A program made the translations under genes and the position numbers. A model generated the notes under the pieces. It was not told where the DNA came from. It did not search any database and worked only from the letters and a program-made list of their open reading frames with translations. A stretch of DNA of 64,000 bases from a virus. Its lineage: Duplodnaviria > Caudoviricetes. Below are positions 1 to 11,217 of the stretch, in pieces; positions within the stretch are counted from its first letter, which is position 1, and each line of letters opens with the position of its first letter. The stretch spans positions 138,506 through 202,505 of the IMG/VR virus record IMGVR_UViG_3300042691_041259; one strand, 5' to 3'.

Positions 1-3000
1 CTCCAAAGTTGTCTTGTGACTGGCTGGATTTTTATATTTAGATCTAACGGGGTGTACGCATAAAAGACTGCTGTAGCTGCTGAATCAATAGGTATGTCAA
101 TATTGATTAAACTATTTTTGTTATCAACGCTAATAATTTTTGTCTTAAACTGATTTGTAAGAACTGGTCCGCCTGAAACTTCGCCTATAACCATTCCAGA
201 CTTAAGAGATTCAATAGGACTTGGCATTAAAGCAGGTGTAAATGGAGCTGTCGGCTGCGTTATGCTGGTAATTTGATAAGTTTCCGGATCAAATATGAGA
301 GCCCCATCAATGTTTGTAGTTCCATTAAAATACACTGCGTTTCTTCCTATTAAACCAGTTTGAGGATTAACCACAACAGCTTCAATAGTTAAAGTTTCTG
401 AGCTTACTGGCGAAGCTGCCGAGTTGTAAACATTTGAAGCAAATTTTATCACTATAGGAATAGGATACTGGTCCCAGTTAGAATAATTGGCTGCAAAAAA
501 AGTGCTAGTTGAAAAATCAAAAGGAGAACCTGCGTTGTATATAGTGGCTTGTCCATCAAAAAATGAATTTAGAACTAAATATAAATCGTCAGGCGTTGGC
601 GGAACTATTGCGTTGCCGTTTACATCAAATATAGAAACTACAGTTCCAGGTTTATACAAGTTAGGAAAAGTATTTGCAATTGGTGTTAAAAACGGAAAAC
701 CATCAACCTGGCCATTAGGAGAGCTCCATGACTTAGAAGGGTACCATCCTCCATTAACAGCATTGTAGTCGCTGTAACGATTCTCCCCTCCCTCATAAAT
801 GTAGGTTTGTATGTTTCTATACGGCTGAGCAAATTGCAGAAGACTATTTTCTAAGCCTGCACCATAAAATATATCTCTATTTTGAACCCAATTATAGTAA
901 TTTCCAAGAGGAAAAGTATGGTTCCACTCGGTAAGATCACTGACTCCAGGCTCGTATATGTAATGATTTGACACAAATAAATTATTAGTATTGGATCTAA
1001 CGTATCCTAAAGAATCTGCACCCGGAGACTTTGCATACGCATTAATTACTATATCAGGATCGGAAGCCGGCGTTGACAATATAAATTTCACAGAGCCGGC
1101 TCTTTTTGGATATACCTCCATACAAAAGCTTTCAACTGTTGTCGCGGCAGGTGCAAACATAGTTAGCGTAGTAACAAAACCACTGTTCTCGTTGATAAGG
1201 CCAATGCCAGGTCCAAATTCACCAATTATAGTTAATGCATTTGGATCCCACAACCAGCCTGCAAGAGGAAGATCTGATTGATACCCTACTATATTGCTAA
1301 CAACTTTGCTGCCAGCTACCATATCACCGTGTATTACACATGCAGGAATCCATGGAATAGCTCCTCCAACAGTAAACGCTCCAGAAGAACCGAGAGTTAC
1401 CTGTCCAGCTCCAGCGCCTGAAACTTCCCATCCTGGCTGTATATTTGTTCCAAGAACAAAATCCCCAACAGCAGCAATGGTATCATCACCATAAAGATTA
1501 GAATCAGTAGGATCGCCCCAAGTGTAAAAACCTTGATCAACCGCTCCTATAGTATCAGAAGACACTTCATAATAAAACTTTGAAAGACCGGGATTGTCAT
1601 TTTTGCCCCAGTAACCTGATACGTCGTATATGTTATTGTTTAAAAAGTTTGTGGCAAATACAGCAATTTCTGGATAACTAACAGCTGGCATATCATAGTA
1701 AAGCGGATCATATTCATTAAATTGTAAAAATGTTTCTCCCGAATTCTCTGCTACAAATCGGAAATTTGCTGAAAGACTATACGGCCAGTCAATGGTGTTC
1801 CATGTCTGCGAACACATTGCATCCCAATCAAGATTCAAAACTTCACTCCAACCAAGTTTTACTCCTAAATGAGTATCTGCATAGTCTTCATCAAAGTCTC
1901 GTGCTTTAAGCTTAAATGTAGAATCACAGCGATAGAGTTCGTGATTAGGGTCTTTTACCGTCACAATAGACCATCCTGGAATTTGATAAAATTCTCCAAC
2001 ATTTATTATTTCTTGTGAATACTCGCCTTCAGAAATTCCCCAATCAAAGAACCACCCTCTTCCTGTGTATGGTTCTGCTGGAAATACTATGCTATTTTCA
2101 AATTCACCAAGAATTGGACGAGTATTAAAGTCCATAGTTATATCAAGATTTCCTGTAATACCATTTTGGAGAGATGTGTAAGTTCTTGTTGGAAACACAT
2201 TATATTTGTACTCAATCCAACCAAATATGTCAATGTCGTCAATTTGCCCTAGCCAATTATTGAGCTCGTCAAATTTCTTTCCTTCTAGCGCTGTGGCTTC
2301 TATACAAATTATGGAAGACTCGCCAGCGCTCCATATATTCCAAGGACTACCTTGATTGCTAGAGTCCTCATACATATCAATAGTTCGGAAATGCTGCTCA
2401 TATAGAGTCGTTCCCTCATTAAAGATTTTTCCTTTAATTTCATAAAGTGCAAATATTCCTCCAATTTGATATGTTACCCATACGGAATTAGTAACGGGAT
2501 TATACACCATTACTCTAAATACTCCTGGCACTGTAGGATTTATTGTGTACACTGGAGTTGAAAGATCAAAAAAGCTGTACACATCAATTCTTGGAGTTCC
2601 ACCAACATTTCTAGAAACCCACCAGTGACCATCAGCTTCATGATATGCAAGAGCGGTAACAGTATTCCAGTTTGCTGAAATGTTTTTATTAGTACGCGTA
2701 TACGGATAACTGCATTCCAACTCATAATAAACAGTGGTAGCAACCGATAAATTAAAGGCTATGATTCTATCAATATGTTCTACATAACGAATGCCAAGAA
2801 CTGCTGCTGGAAGAGATACCGTGTCAATGATAGTATTCCAATTTGGTGAATTTGGATCTGCATCAATTATTGAAAGCGGTGAATTGTCTCCTGCTAACAC
2901 CCAAATCCTTTTTCTTACAGGATCATAAGTAATACCGGAACAACTAGTATTAGGGGTTGTATCTATTTGAGCAATTATTGAACCTGTATTAGCGTCTACG

Positions 3001-6000
3001 CAATACGCAAATTCGTCAGAAGTTGCACAATAAAGCATATCGTAACCTGATCCGCCATCTCTTACAAATACCATGTTAGCGTTTGTAGAATTAGCGCTGG
3101 TTAATGTAGTAAATAAAGATGCTGTATTTGTATTGGGATCCAAGGTATAAATGTCGTTACCGATAGTTTGCCCTTCTGGATAAAAAAAGCGGTCAAGTTC
3201 TCTTACATAAAATAGTTTTTTTACATTTGCGGCAATTGATATGTTATTCTGTGTAGCGGCTTCTAAATCAATATAATATGCGTTATTTGTAGACGGTGGA
3301 ACATACACACCGTAAATAAATCCAGGGCCTCCATCAGGGCTAGGGCGATACGCGCCAGCACCGGTAAAAATACTTATTGGCTGAATAAGTGGCGGAGATA
3401 TTTCAGGATCAAGTGGATCGAACGCCCACCAAAAAGTTTTATCAGGTTGCGTAATTACAAGATCAAACTCAGTAAAACCAGGACGGACTTCTTTTAATAA
3501 GTCAGCAGTAGTTGCATACGTATTTGTATTTGTATTGTTTACATAAAACATTGCTCGATTTCCCCAATTTGCCTCAGTAGGGCTATCAAGAGTCTCAACT
3601 ACTACAGGTGCCGGATTGCCTAAAACTCCTAAATTCAAATTACCGTTCTCATAAGATTGGTTTCGGTAGTTATAGATTTGCCCACTTACCCATTGCTCGG
3701 TTATCGGCGAAGTGCCATCTGTGATGATTCCTGAATATAGTGTTGTAACAGGATCTACATTTTTTGCATATATAGGTATACCCCATGAAGCAAGTGGATG
3801 ATCTAAATTCCACCGGCTATCATTTAGTGGAGTATTATTGTCTCCTTTAAGAGTAACATATTGTCCAGGAATCAAAGTTTTCCCGTTTTCTGGAGTATAT
3901 AAATCATCTTGAATAACAATAGTATTTGCAACTTCTCTCAGGACTTCCCAAGCAGTAGGGTTTGCCTCAAAACTTGATGGCCATGCAGGCACAGAACTAA
4001 TTGTGTATTCAACATATGTCACAAAATCAGTAGCGCTAGTTGCTTCCACCGGAAACACAGATCCATCTCTACGAAGATACACAATTTCTGCACCAAAGCT
4101 TGTAGCAATTGGTCGATTCTGCACATCAGAAAGCTCCACTGTGACTACACCTGTAATAGGATTAAACTCAGTGACTTTACCTACAAGGCTATCATAAGCA
4201 GATACTTTCCATACGTCATAATCAGGAGCTTTTGGATAGTTCCAATTGTTTTCCTGGCTAAGAGGTGTTACATTCAAGGTATCCCATAGGATATCACAAT
4301 CATCCCACACAGTCCATGTTTTAATATGATTGATCCAACGGCCCCAAAACTCGTCCCACATATAAAAAGCTTCATCCCACGTGTCTACACAATTTTGTTC
4401 CATCTGTAGAATGTTTGACTCTTGGCCAGATCCATCATAAACGCCTGGTGTGTCTGACGGGCCGATATATCGTGTAGCAAACGAAGACAATGCCTCAGGC
4501 ATATATACTTCTACGTAGTCTCTTTTTATCTCGTTTACCCAATTGTTATCTGTGTCATATACAATCAGCTCTACTTTATAGAAACCTTTATACGGCAAAG
4601 GAACCGTGTGAGTAATAAGTTTGTCAATAGATTTTTGTCCAGAAGTATAAATGAAATTGCTGGTTCCTGGCTCAGATGTAACTTTCCATTCCATGTCATA
4701 AAAGTTTCCACGACCAATTTCATCCCAAGTATATAAGGTTGAAGTATGCCCGCCGGTAAGTTTTACTTCTGGCGTGGAAGTATAAGCTGACCCACTGCTG
4801 TTAATTTCAATAGCGTGTATCTGTATGTTAAAATTTCCTGGAACCGAATTAAAGCTTGTGGAAATATCAACGTAGTTTCCGCCTACCGTATCATAAGCAA
4901 GTACAACACATGGCTTATCCAAAGAATTTCCACCAGTATCAGTACCAACTACAAACATTGTTGGAAGTATCTGGACCTGTAAAGGAAACACTGCTTGTGG
5001 AGTTGCAAAAAATGCTCGAGCAGAGGTTGGCGAAAGCGCATTAATTGAAGTTACTTCAAGATCTAAAATCTTCACTTCACCGTTTCTCATATATGCAGTA
5101 GCTGTGGCATTTATGCCATCGCCACCAATAAAGTCTACGGTTGGAGTACGTGTATAACCGCTACCTGGATCTATAATTTCAATTGCTTCAATTGCGCCGG
5201 TGCCCGCTGGAAGAGGGCTAACATAGGCTTTTAGAGTTGCCTCGGTAGCGCTCCATAAGTTATCCCATGAAAATATCATTTCATCCCAGGTAACATCGAA
5301 TCCAGTTGCCTCAAGCTCAAGAAAAGCAGCTACTGGAGCATATGGCTCATTGGTAAGAACTTCTAATTGTGTCCCTTGATCAAAGTATCCTACATACGGT
5401 CCTTGAACTGTTGTGAGATTAAAATTGTACGTACATACTATTGGAAGACCTGTATCTGGATCTGCTGGCGTAAATACTGGAGGATCTAAGATTGGGTAAC
5501 CCTTTCCTTGTGTGGTTGTTTTAACGCCTTCCAACACATATTGAATATCTTGTTGATCAAGTTTAAATCCTCTGCCTACCCCTGAATAGTAAATGTTGTT
5601 TACTAAATCTTCACTTGCAACATATGTTTGTGAAAATGTTGGCGGCAGCACAAAATAACGACTTCCTTGTGTAAGCCCTGTAACCACTTCAATGTCAACT
5701 ACGTCGCCTGATCCTCCAACCGTAATTACTTTTACTCTAATTGGAGTGGAGAAAACACCACCACCCAGAGTAATAATGTCGCCTACGCTATAATCCACGC
5801 CGCCATCGGAATTCCCCGATAGCGTATATAGAGACGGGGCGGCTTTTACAAATGCAACACCATTCCAAAGTTTTGATGGCGAAGCATTTCCCGAAGTCGA
5901 ACCTACGGATAGCACTGGGATTTTGTTTACTGTGGCGAGTGGAGCCTCAATGTTTACACCTTTGATTGTATAAGTAGCAAAGTATGATTGCAAAGTATCT

Positions 6001-8111
6001 GTTCCTGGTGAATACGAATAAGCAATTTCGTTAGTATCGTATCGGCGAGCATCCTCAATAGGAATGCGAGTATCATTGGCATTAAAGTCAACTTTCCGCG
6101 TAAGTTCCACCACAAATTGTTCTACTCGGTCATTCCAAGTATTGGCAGCGTATCTTTCATAGTATACGCCTTCTCCAACAATATCAACAATCTTGGCATT
6201 CAGTGGTATGAAACCACCTTCCAAGTATTGTTTTAAAGCAAACAGCTTAATTAGAATTTCATGATTGCTAAATTGAAATGCATCAATAGTCTGTGGAACG
6301 CCATTTTCATCAAGAACTCCGCTTTCCTTATTTAAGTCGTAGAAGAGACCGAATTTATTGGTCTTTTTGTAAACTCTGCTTGGCATCATTTCCAAGCTTC
6401 CATAAGGAACTCCTCGTTCTTCTAATTGAAACGGAATCTGGACCTGCTTGTATTTTCTATAGTAAACATCCTGCTTATTAACATTAAGCCAATACTCTTT
6501 AATTCGTATATCATAATAGCCAAACCAATTGACAATATTTACCAATCCTTTATATGCTCCAAGATAAGGCCAAATTTGGTCTCCTTGCAAAAGCATTTCT
6601 TTTCTCTTTTGATTGAGAAGCAGAAAGTTTGGCATGTCTTCAAAAACATCGCTATCTCTAAAGATCAATTCTTGGTTTTCGGTAACGTCTCTTCCAAAAT
6701 TCTGTAACAATCTGCCTAGTCTTTCATCTTCTCCTTGTGCCTCGGCTCTAAGAGAGATTTGCGATATTAACACAGGTGCATAAGGAAACGTAACATCTTC
6801 AAGTACAAAAACGCGAATATAGCTACCTTCAGTTCCTGCAGAAAAACCAAGATGGAATTGCATAAGTCGCTCATCCCATTCTTCGGTCACTTGTCTAAAT
6901 TGATAACCAGGAACGCTAGCACCGGAAAAGTTTCCAACTGCCGGAAGTCCAGTAATTCCTGCTGTGAATGCGTCAGGCGATGTAAGATTTGTAGTATCTG
7001 TAGGGGTATGAACAAAAGAACTGACTTTGGTAATTACTGGAAAATCTTCTTCGTACTTCACAGTAAACATAAATATCTCATCTTCCAATCCAACCATTCT
7101 GCCACGCCACTTGGGAACCGCTCTAAAAAACATAGTTACCGGAGCAGCGGTATTTGCAATTACAGGAATAGTATTTGGCGTAGAAAAGTATACAATTCTA
7201 TTTGATACCTGAACAACATCATAAGTTCCCGCGATCAAAAGAGGTGCCGCTGCATCATATACGCGGATTGACATGCCCGCTACAAATCCGTGAGGCACAT
7301 ATGCTTCTAAAGCAGTACCAGAACCATTTTGGGTAGGAGCGGAATCTATAGTAATTTGTGTAAGACTGTCTACAGAAACAATTTTAGTTCCTGCGGGTAT
7401 TCCAGTTCCTTCAACAAACATACCAGCCGCCAAACTGGCAGTACTGGCTATGCTAAAGATTTTTTTCTGGCCAGCAATAAAACTTCCGTTAAATGAATTT
7501 ATGAATACTGAAACCGAACCAACACCAGTGCTAGATTCAATAGCGTCCACAGCTATTTTGTTATTATAGAATCCTACAGGGTTGGCAGGTCCTTCATTAG
7601 CTCTTGGAAAGCTGTAACCATAATTAAGACTTCCAGGAGTTTGTGGCGACGCTACAACTTGCTCCAAAACAAAAATGTCTTGGTTTTCAATTAGACCTGT
7701 AGAAACAATATCAAAGTACATTTCTCCAAGCCATGTAACATTTGGATAAGCAAATTTGGTATTTCCAGGTTTCCAATCAGAATTACCAGTAAACGATAGA
7801 CCATTAAATCCAATAATAGTTCCAGTTAGTGGATCGACTACTAAATCAGCGGGATCGCTATTCCATACGTATTTTGTAATAAGATTTTCAAAACGCAAGT
7901 ATGCGCTTCCTGTGATGTCATAATTGTATCCTCCACTTGTAATTTCTAGAGAAACAATTCTACCTTCTGGGCTGGTATACACATTAAATGTAGCGCCGTA
8001 TCCTCCAGAATTGGTAGGATCCACAACAGTTACCAGCGTAACTGTTTGCGGAAGAAGGTTAATTTCATTACCCTTCTTATCAAAGAAATTGAGCCTGTTT
8101 GTTAAAAGCAT
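1..8111 (-). CDS. Giant baseplate wedge / tail-fibre-like structural protein (>2,703 aa, 3'-truncated by the window edge)
   Basis: ATG at 8111-8109 overlaps the TAA of the upstream ORF (TAATG). Read by eye as open in one frame to the window edge (last full codon 5-3, frame consistent). Absent from the ORF track. Has a gp7-like wedge segment (LGRLLQNFG...WPYLGAYKGLVNIVNWFGY), GSGYT-x-P-x-V beta modules, a PKD-like stretch and propeller-like repeats. Lies downstream of the gp6-like gene. Confidence 0.8.
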   Translation of the reverse strand, partial: MLLTNRLNFFDKKGNEINLLPQTVTLVTVVDPTNSGGYGATFNVYTSPEGRIVSLEITSGGYNYDITGSAYLRFENLITKYVWNSDPADLVVDPLTGTIIGFNGLSFTGNSDWKPGNTKFAYPNVTWLGEMYFDIVSTGLIENQDIFVLEQVVASPQTPGSLNYGYSFPRANEGPANPVGFYNNKIAVDAIESSTGVGSVSVFINSFNGSFIAGQKKIFSIASTASLAAGMFVEGTGIPAGTKIVSVDSLTQITIDSAPTQNGSGTALEAYVPHGFVAGMSIRVYDAAAPLLIAGTYDVVQVSNRIVYFSTPNTIPVIANTAAPVTMFFRAVPKWRGRMVGLEDEIFMFTVKYEEDFPVITKVSSFVHTPTDTTNLTSPDAFTAGITGLPAVGNFSGASVPGYQFRQVTEEWDERLMQFHLGFSAGTEGSYIRVFVLEDVTFPYAPVLISQISLRAEAQGEDERLGRLLQNFGRDVTENQELIFRDSDVFEDMPNFLLLNQKRKEMLLQGDQIWPYLGAYKGLVNIVNWFGYYDIRIKEYWLNVNKQDVYYRKYKQVQIPFQLEERGVPYGSLEMMPSRVYKKTNKFGLFYDLNKESGVLDENGVPQTIDAFQFSNHEILIKLFALKQYLEGGFIPLNAKIVDIVGEGVYYERYAANTWNDRVEQFVVELTRKVDFNANDTRIPIEDARRYDTNEIAYSYSPGTDTLQSYFATYTIKGVNIEAPLATVNKIPVLSVGSTSGNASPSKLWNGVAFVKAAPSLYTLSGNSDGGVDYSVGDIITLGGGVFSTPIRVKVITVGGSGDVVDIEVVTGLTQGSRYFVLPPTFSQTYVASEDLVNNIYYSGVGRGFKLDQQDIQYVLEGVKTTTQGKGYPILDPPVFTPADPDTGLPIVCTYNFNLTTVQGPYVGYFDQGTQLEVLTNEPYAPVAAFLELEATGFDVTWDEMIFSWDNLWSATEATLKAYVSPLPAGTGAIEAIEIIDPGSGYTRTPTVDFIGGDGINATATAYMRNGEVKILDLEVTSINALSPTSARAFFATPQAVFPLQVQILPTMFVVGTDTGGNSLDKPCVVLAYDTVGGNYVDISTSFNSVPGNFNIQIHAIEINSSGSAYTSTPEVKLTGGHTSTLYTWDEIGRGNFYDMEWKVTSEPGTSNFIYTSGQKSIDKLITHTVPLPYKGFYKVELIVYDTDNNWVNEIKRDYVEVYMPEALSSFATRYIGPSDTPGVYDGSGQESNILQMEQNCVDTWDEAFYMWDEFWGRWINHIKTWTVWDDCDILWDTLNVTPLSQENNWNYPKAPDYDVWKVSAYDSLVGKVTEFNPITGVVTVELSDVQNRPIATSFGAEIVYLRRDGSVFPVEATSATDFVTYVEYTISSVPAWPSSFEANPTAWEVLREVANTIVIQDDLYTPENGKTLIPGQYVTLKGDNNTPLNDSRWNLDHPLASWGIPIYAKNVDPVTTLYSGIITDGTSPITEQWVSGQIYNYRNQSYENGNLNLGVLGNPAPVVVETLDSPTEANWGNRAMFYVNNTNTNTYATTADLLKEVRPGFTEFDLVITQPDKTFWWAFDPLDPEISPPLIQPISIFTGAGAYRPSPDGGPGFIYGVYVPPSTNNAYYIDLEAATQNNISIAANVKKLFYVRELDRFFYPEGQTIGNDIYTLDPNTNTASLFTTLTSANSTNANMVFVRDGGSGYDMLYCATSDEFAYCVDANTGSIIAQIDTTPNTSCSGITYDPVRKRIWVLAGDNSPLSIIDADPNSPNWNTIIDTVSLPAAVLGIRYVEHIDRIIAFNLSVATTVYYELECSYPYTRTNKNISANWNTVTALAYHEADGHWWVSRNVGGTPRIDVYSFFDLSTPVYTINPTVPGVFRVMVYNPVTNSVWVTYQIGGIFALYEIKGKIFNEGTTLYEQHFRTIDMYEDSSNQGSPWNIWSAGESSIICIEATALEGKKFDELNNWLGQIDDIDIFGWIEYKYNVFPTRTYTSLQNGITGNLDITMDFNTRPILGEFENSIVFPAEPYTGRGWFFDWGISEGEYSQEIINVGEFYQIPGWSIVTVKDPNHELYRCDSTFKLKARDFDEDYADTHLGVKLGWSEVLNLDWDAMCSQTWNTIDWPYSLSANFRFVAENSGETFLQFNEYDPLYYDMPAVSYPEIAVFATNFLNNNIYDVSGYWGKNDNPGLSKFYYEVSSDTIGAVDQGFYTWGDPTDSNLYGDDTIAAVGDFVLGTNIQPGWEVSGAGAGQVTLGSSGAFTVGGAIPWIPACVIHGDMVAGSKVVSNIVGYQSDLPLAGWLWDPNALTIIGEFGPGIGLINENSGFVTTLTMFAPAATTVESFCMEVYPKRAGSVKFILSTPASDPDIVINAYAKSPGADSLGYVRSNTNNLFVSNHYIYEPGVSDLTEWNHTFPLGNYYNWVQNRDIFYGAGLENSLLQFAQPYRNIQTYIYEGGENRYSDYNAVNGGWYPSKSWSSPNGQVDGFPFLTPIANTFPNLYKPGTVVSIFDVNGNAIVPPTPDDLYLVLNSFFDGQATIYNAGSPFDFSTSTFFAANYSNWDQYPIPIVIKFASNVYNSAASPVSSETLTIEAVVVNPQTGLIGRNAVYFNGTTNIDGALIFDPETYQITSITQPTAPFTPALMPSPIESLKSGMVIGEVSGGPVLTNQFKTKIISVDNKNSLINIDIPIDSAATAVFYAYTPLDLNIKIQPVTRQLW

Positions 8112-8386
8112 TAAGAGTGTACTTTATAGTTTTTATCTACTGTGTAATTGAAAGCCTTCTTAATACTTCCTATGTAATTGATGAGATAAACAAGCATTGT
8201 TTGAAATTGCAAAAACGTATATTCTTTTCTTGAATCCACCAATAAGTATTTAGAAGTTGTTTTTTCCAACAAGCGCTCTTCATAATCAAACCCTTGATTT
8301 TTCAGGATGTCTTGTTGATGTATCATCCAATTGTAATAACTGGGTCTTCCTAAATGAGGCCCGGGTTTTGGTGTTTCGGTTATCAT
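8111..8386 (-). CDS. Small baseplate-associated hypothetical protein
   Basis: 91 aa ORF with overlapping start/stop to both the gp6-like gene and the giant ORF. Confidence 0.65.
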   Translation of the reverse strand: MITETPKPGPHLGRPSYYNWMIHQQDILKNQGFDYEERLLEKTTSKYLLVDSRKEYTFLQFQTMLVYLINYIGSIKKAFNYTVDKNYKVHS

Positions 8387-10083
8387 ACGCTCTTTTTGAT
8401 ATTATTTACTTCAATTCGGTGAAGCTCCATATTTAGAGATCTTGGTGTATCTTTTTTGGTGAATGTGATATTTAGAGTTGACGGCTTTCCAGTCTCAATT
8501 CCCGTATTGAAGTACTCTCCATATCGATTAGCCCAGCCTCCACGAATAACTACAAGTTCTCCTCGATCCATTATGATATCACCAAATTCATCCAACCCAA
8601 TATCTTTCTTTGCAGCATTATTTGGATCTTTTTTGAATTGCTCATTTTTTTCACATACAAAGTATACGTTAACTGAGTCAACTCCTTCAACAGATTCAAT
8701 TACTGCTATGAGATCGGATTTTGGAATTCGATCTCTTCTACGGTTATTAAGAAAATAGTCAGAGCATTTAGAAATTATTTGCTGTCGAATAATATCTTTG
8801 TTGAACCCTTCAAATGCTGTAACGTTTACCATCATCACGTATCTACTAATAATAGGATCCACAACTTTGTTTACCACTGTCATTATTTTTTGGCCACTCC
8901 GTTCTATCAATTCGTACACCTTTCTCTTTTCGTCACTAGTGAGTCTAAATAAGTTAATTGGAACAGAAAAATAGTCATCAGAACTTTTTTTCCTTTTATT
9001 TACATCGGGTATGAGAAAGAGATACACGGTATTGTCATCCTCAAGATTTTCATCACCGAGAGTATTAAATGCATCAATTACCGAGAAAAAATTAAACTTC
9101 TGAAAAAAGTATACGTAGTTGTCGGTATTGGCCAATACGTAAGATCTGCTGGTTTTTGGTGCAAGCAATTTTGTAAGAGCTATCGGTTCTGCATCGGATC
9201 CAAAAGAAAACGGCTCGATCATGGCTATACTAAGTATCTTATTTAGATCTACTTCTTCACCAGCAATATCATAGCCTTGCTGTAAAAATTTGAATGGCGG
9301 AGACGAGTCGGTAATGATATTTCCAGCATTTCCTGAAGTTGTCATATATTCAACCCGGATAACTGCACCTAATGGCGGCTGAGCTCCAAAGTACGTATTG
9401 CCAAAAAATACATCTATTCCGCTATCAATACCGGTTTTTACAATGCATGCATTTTCATTATAGCTTATGTCATAAAGAGAATCGTACTTCTTCCACTCTT
9501 CATTGTTTACATAGACTTTAACAAAAAAGTTGTCAATGATAAAGTTTTTCTTTGGAGTTGTAGTAAACGATTGAAGAGCTGCACCGGTTCCCGTGAAAGA
9601 CTGTGCCTCTATTGCGCCTTGCATTGTATAGACCTCAATAGTATTTTTCCCACTTAGGTCTATTGTCACAGCTTCTTGATCCATTACCAAGGTATACGTA
9701 AGACCATTAGTACCACATTGTAAAGTGGTAAAATTAGGAATCACAACGGTATTACCGTACATGTCAACCTTTGCACCATTGTAAGTAAACTTTAAAGTGC
9801 CAGTTGCGGCAATTGCCCGAGTGGGATTGTGGCCGGCAATTCTTGCCAAACCTCTAATAGAATTAGGACGCTGCGCTGTGTATATGTTCAGCTCATTAAT
9901 GCTGTCTTCTACATAATAGAACATCAGCCTACCCATGTCAAGAATCACTTGTAATAGCTGACCGTATGGGCTAGCGGGTGAGAAAACTTGATCGGATTGC
10001 TGATACTTTGATTCCAGAAAAGACTTTACATCAGTATACATCTGACTGTAAGTTATTCTGGTAAGTTTGAATATCTCTAGCAT
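8383..10083 (-). CDS. Baseplate wedge subunit, T4 gp6-like
   Basis: N-terminal SPASPYGQLL...FYYVEDSINELNIYTAQRPNSIRGLARIAGHNP and D-x-E-(x)n-APK...VLANTDNY motifs typical of gp6/baseplate J. Follows the gp25-like gene. Confidence 0.85.
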   Translation of the reverse strand: MLEIFKLTRITYSQMYTDVKSFLESKYQQSDQVFSPASPYGQLLQVILDMGRLMFYYVEDSINELNIYTAQRPNSIRGLARIAGHNPTRAIAATGTLKFTYNGAKVDMYGNTVVIPNFTTLQCGTNGLTYTLVMDQEAVTIDLSGKNTIEVYTMQGAIEAQSFTGTGAALQSFTTTPKKNFIIDNFFVKVYVNNEEWKKYDSLYDISYNENACIVKTGIDSGIDVFFGNTYFGAQPPLGAVIRVEYMTTSGNAGNIITDSSPPFKFLQQGYDIAGEEVDLNKILSIAMIEPFSFGSDAEPIALTKLLAPKTSRSYVLANTDNYVYFFQKFNFFSVIDAFNTLGDENLEDDNTVYLFLIPDVNKRKKSSDDYFSVPINLFRLTSDEKRKVYELIERSGQKIMTVVNKVVDPIISRYVMMVNVTAFEGFNKDIIRQQIISKCSDYFLNNRRRDRIPKSDLIAVIESVEGVDSVNVYFVCEKNEQFKKDPNNAAKKDIGLDEFGDIIMDRGELVVIRGGWANRYGEYFNTGIETGKPSTLNITFTKKDTPRSLNMELHRIEVNNIKKSV

Positions 10084-10099
10084 TGATTGACTTTTAATG

Positions 10100-10462
10100 T
10101 TACACGGCTACCAGCCCAAAGGCCTTGGTACCATTAACATATATATCAATGTAAGCAACATCCCTGACAGTTCCAGGGACAAAATTGATTTCTAATTTAA
10201 GATTGAATGCGCTGGCTTCGGGTATGTAACTAGCAATTTGTTGGTCAAAAGCCTGCTTTAATTCGTTTGCGCTAAACCCAAAGTCAAATAAGAGATCCTC
10301 AAGACTAATACCAAATTGCGGATCCCCAAGAATTTCACCCTTTCGAGTAAACATAATCATTTTAAGCTTCTGTATGAGAATACGCAAAGAGTCTCTCTCT
10401 TCAATTTTAAACGCCTCATACCCAGGCTCATTTTGATTGATTATGTATATGTCCTTAATCAT
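10100..10462 (-). CDS. Baseplate wedge / sheath initiator, T4 gp25-like
   Basis: LKMIMFTRKGEILGDPQFGISLEDLLF is the gp25/GPW signature. Start moved to the ATG at 10462 that overlaps the upstream stop (TAATG). Confidence 0.85.
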   Translation of the reverse strand: MIKDIYIINQNEPGYEAFKIEERDSLRILIQKLKMIMFTRKGEILGDPQFGISLEDLLFDFGFSANELKQAFDQQIASYIPEASAFNLKLEINFVPGTVRDVAYIDIYVNGTKAFGLVAV

Positions 10463-11193
10463 TAGTGGAAGATGTAGAACCAATCTGGGCTATTTTCATC
10501 GTCAATCCTTTGTTTGATTTGTTCAAGTTCTTCTTTTCCTTCCTCTTTAATAGTGTCCGCATTTACTTGAACACCTCCTGGAAGATTAAACGTAAAGAAA
10601 CCAAGGATTCTACCTAATGAGATTTTAGCCTGCGCAGTAACCCATCTTTGGAAAAACCAATCGTCGTAAAGTTTGTTCTCCTCAATTTTAACATAGGTTT
10701 GTACCGCGCAATTTCTTTTTGGATTTCTACCAATAATTTTCAGTCTCTTTGTATTTCGATTAAAGTCGTACGAAACTCTTTCTAAGATAAACGCCTGGGT
10801 CAAGTCCCAGTAAGAATATTGTGCAGCCCTAAGAACCAAGTCATCCGACGCAAATGGCGAGAGAAAAAGTTCTGCTGCTAATAAACGGTTGTCATAAAAG
10901 TCAGCATCAATAGTGCCCAATCGGCCGGCTCCTTGTATTTCTCTAATTTCGTAAACGGATATTACGCAGTCGGGCATAAGTATGGAACGAGTCTTCCTAA
11001 AGTCTTCTTGCTGAAACCAGTCTTTAGTTATCACATAGTATTGTGTTTCAACCGCGGGTCCATAATTGACATAAAACCAGTTAAGAGCTTGATCAATAAC
11101 CCGCTCCATTTCTCTTTCAGGAACTGAATACGGGAGTGAACAAGATCCGGTGATCTCATTATTTACCATTTCGATAAGTTCTGCTCTGGTCAT
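10462..11193 (-). CDS. Neck / head-completion protein, T4 gp13-like
   Basis: WFFQRWVTAQAKISLGRILGFFTFNLPGGVQVNADTIKEEGKEELEQI matches the gp13 C-terminal LPGG motif. Confidence 0.85.
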   Translation of the reverse strand: MTRAELIEMVNNEITGSCSLPYSVPEREMERVIDQALNWFYVNYGPAVETQYYVITKDWFQQEDFRKTRSILMPDCVISVYEIREIQGAGRLGTIDADFYDNRLLAAELFLSPFASDDLVLRAAQYSYWDLTQAFILERVSYDFNRNTKRLKIIGRNPKRNCAVQTYVKIEENKLYDDWFFQRWVTAQAKISLGRILGFFTFNLPGGVQVNADTIKEEGKEELEQIKQRIDDENSPDWFYIFH

Positions 11194-11217
11194 TTGTGTT
11201 TTCTTATTTTTCTCCGA

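Noticed and set aside
487-8151. Numerous plus-strand ORFs and one short minus ORF (2540..2743) in the track over 0.5-8.1 kb
   Set aside because: They are shadows of the single giant minus-strand ORF; no starts with promoter context, composition typical of antisense frames.
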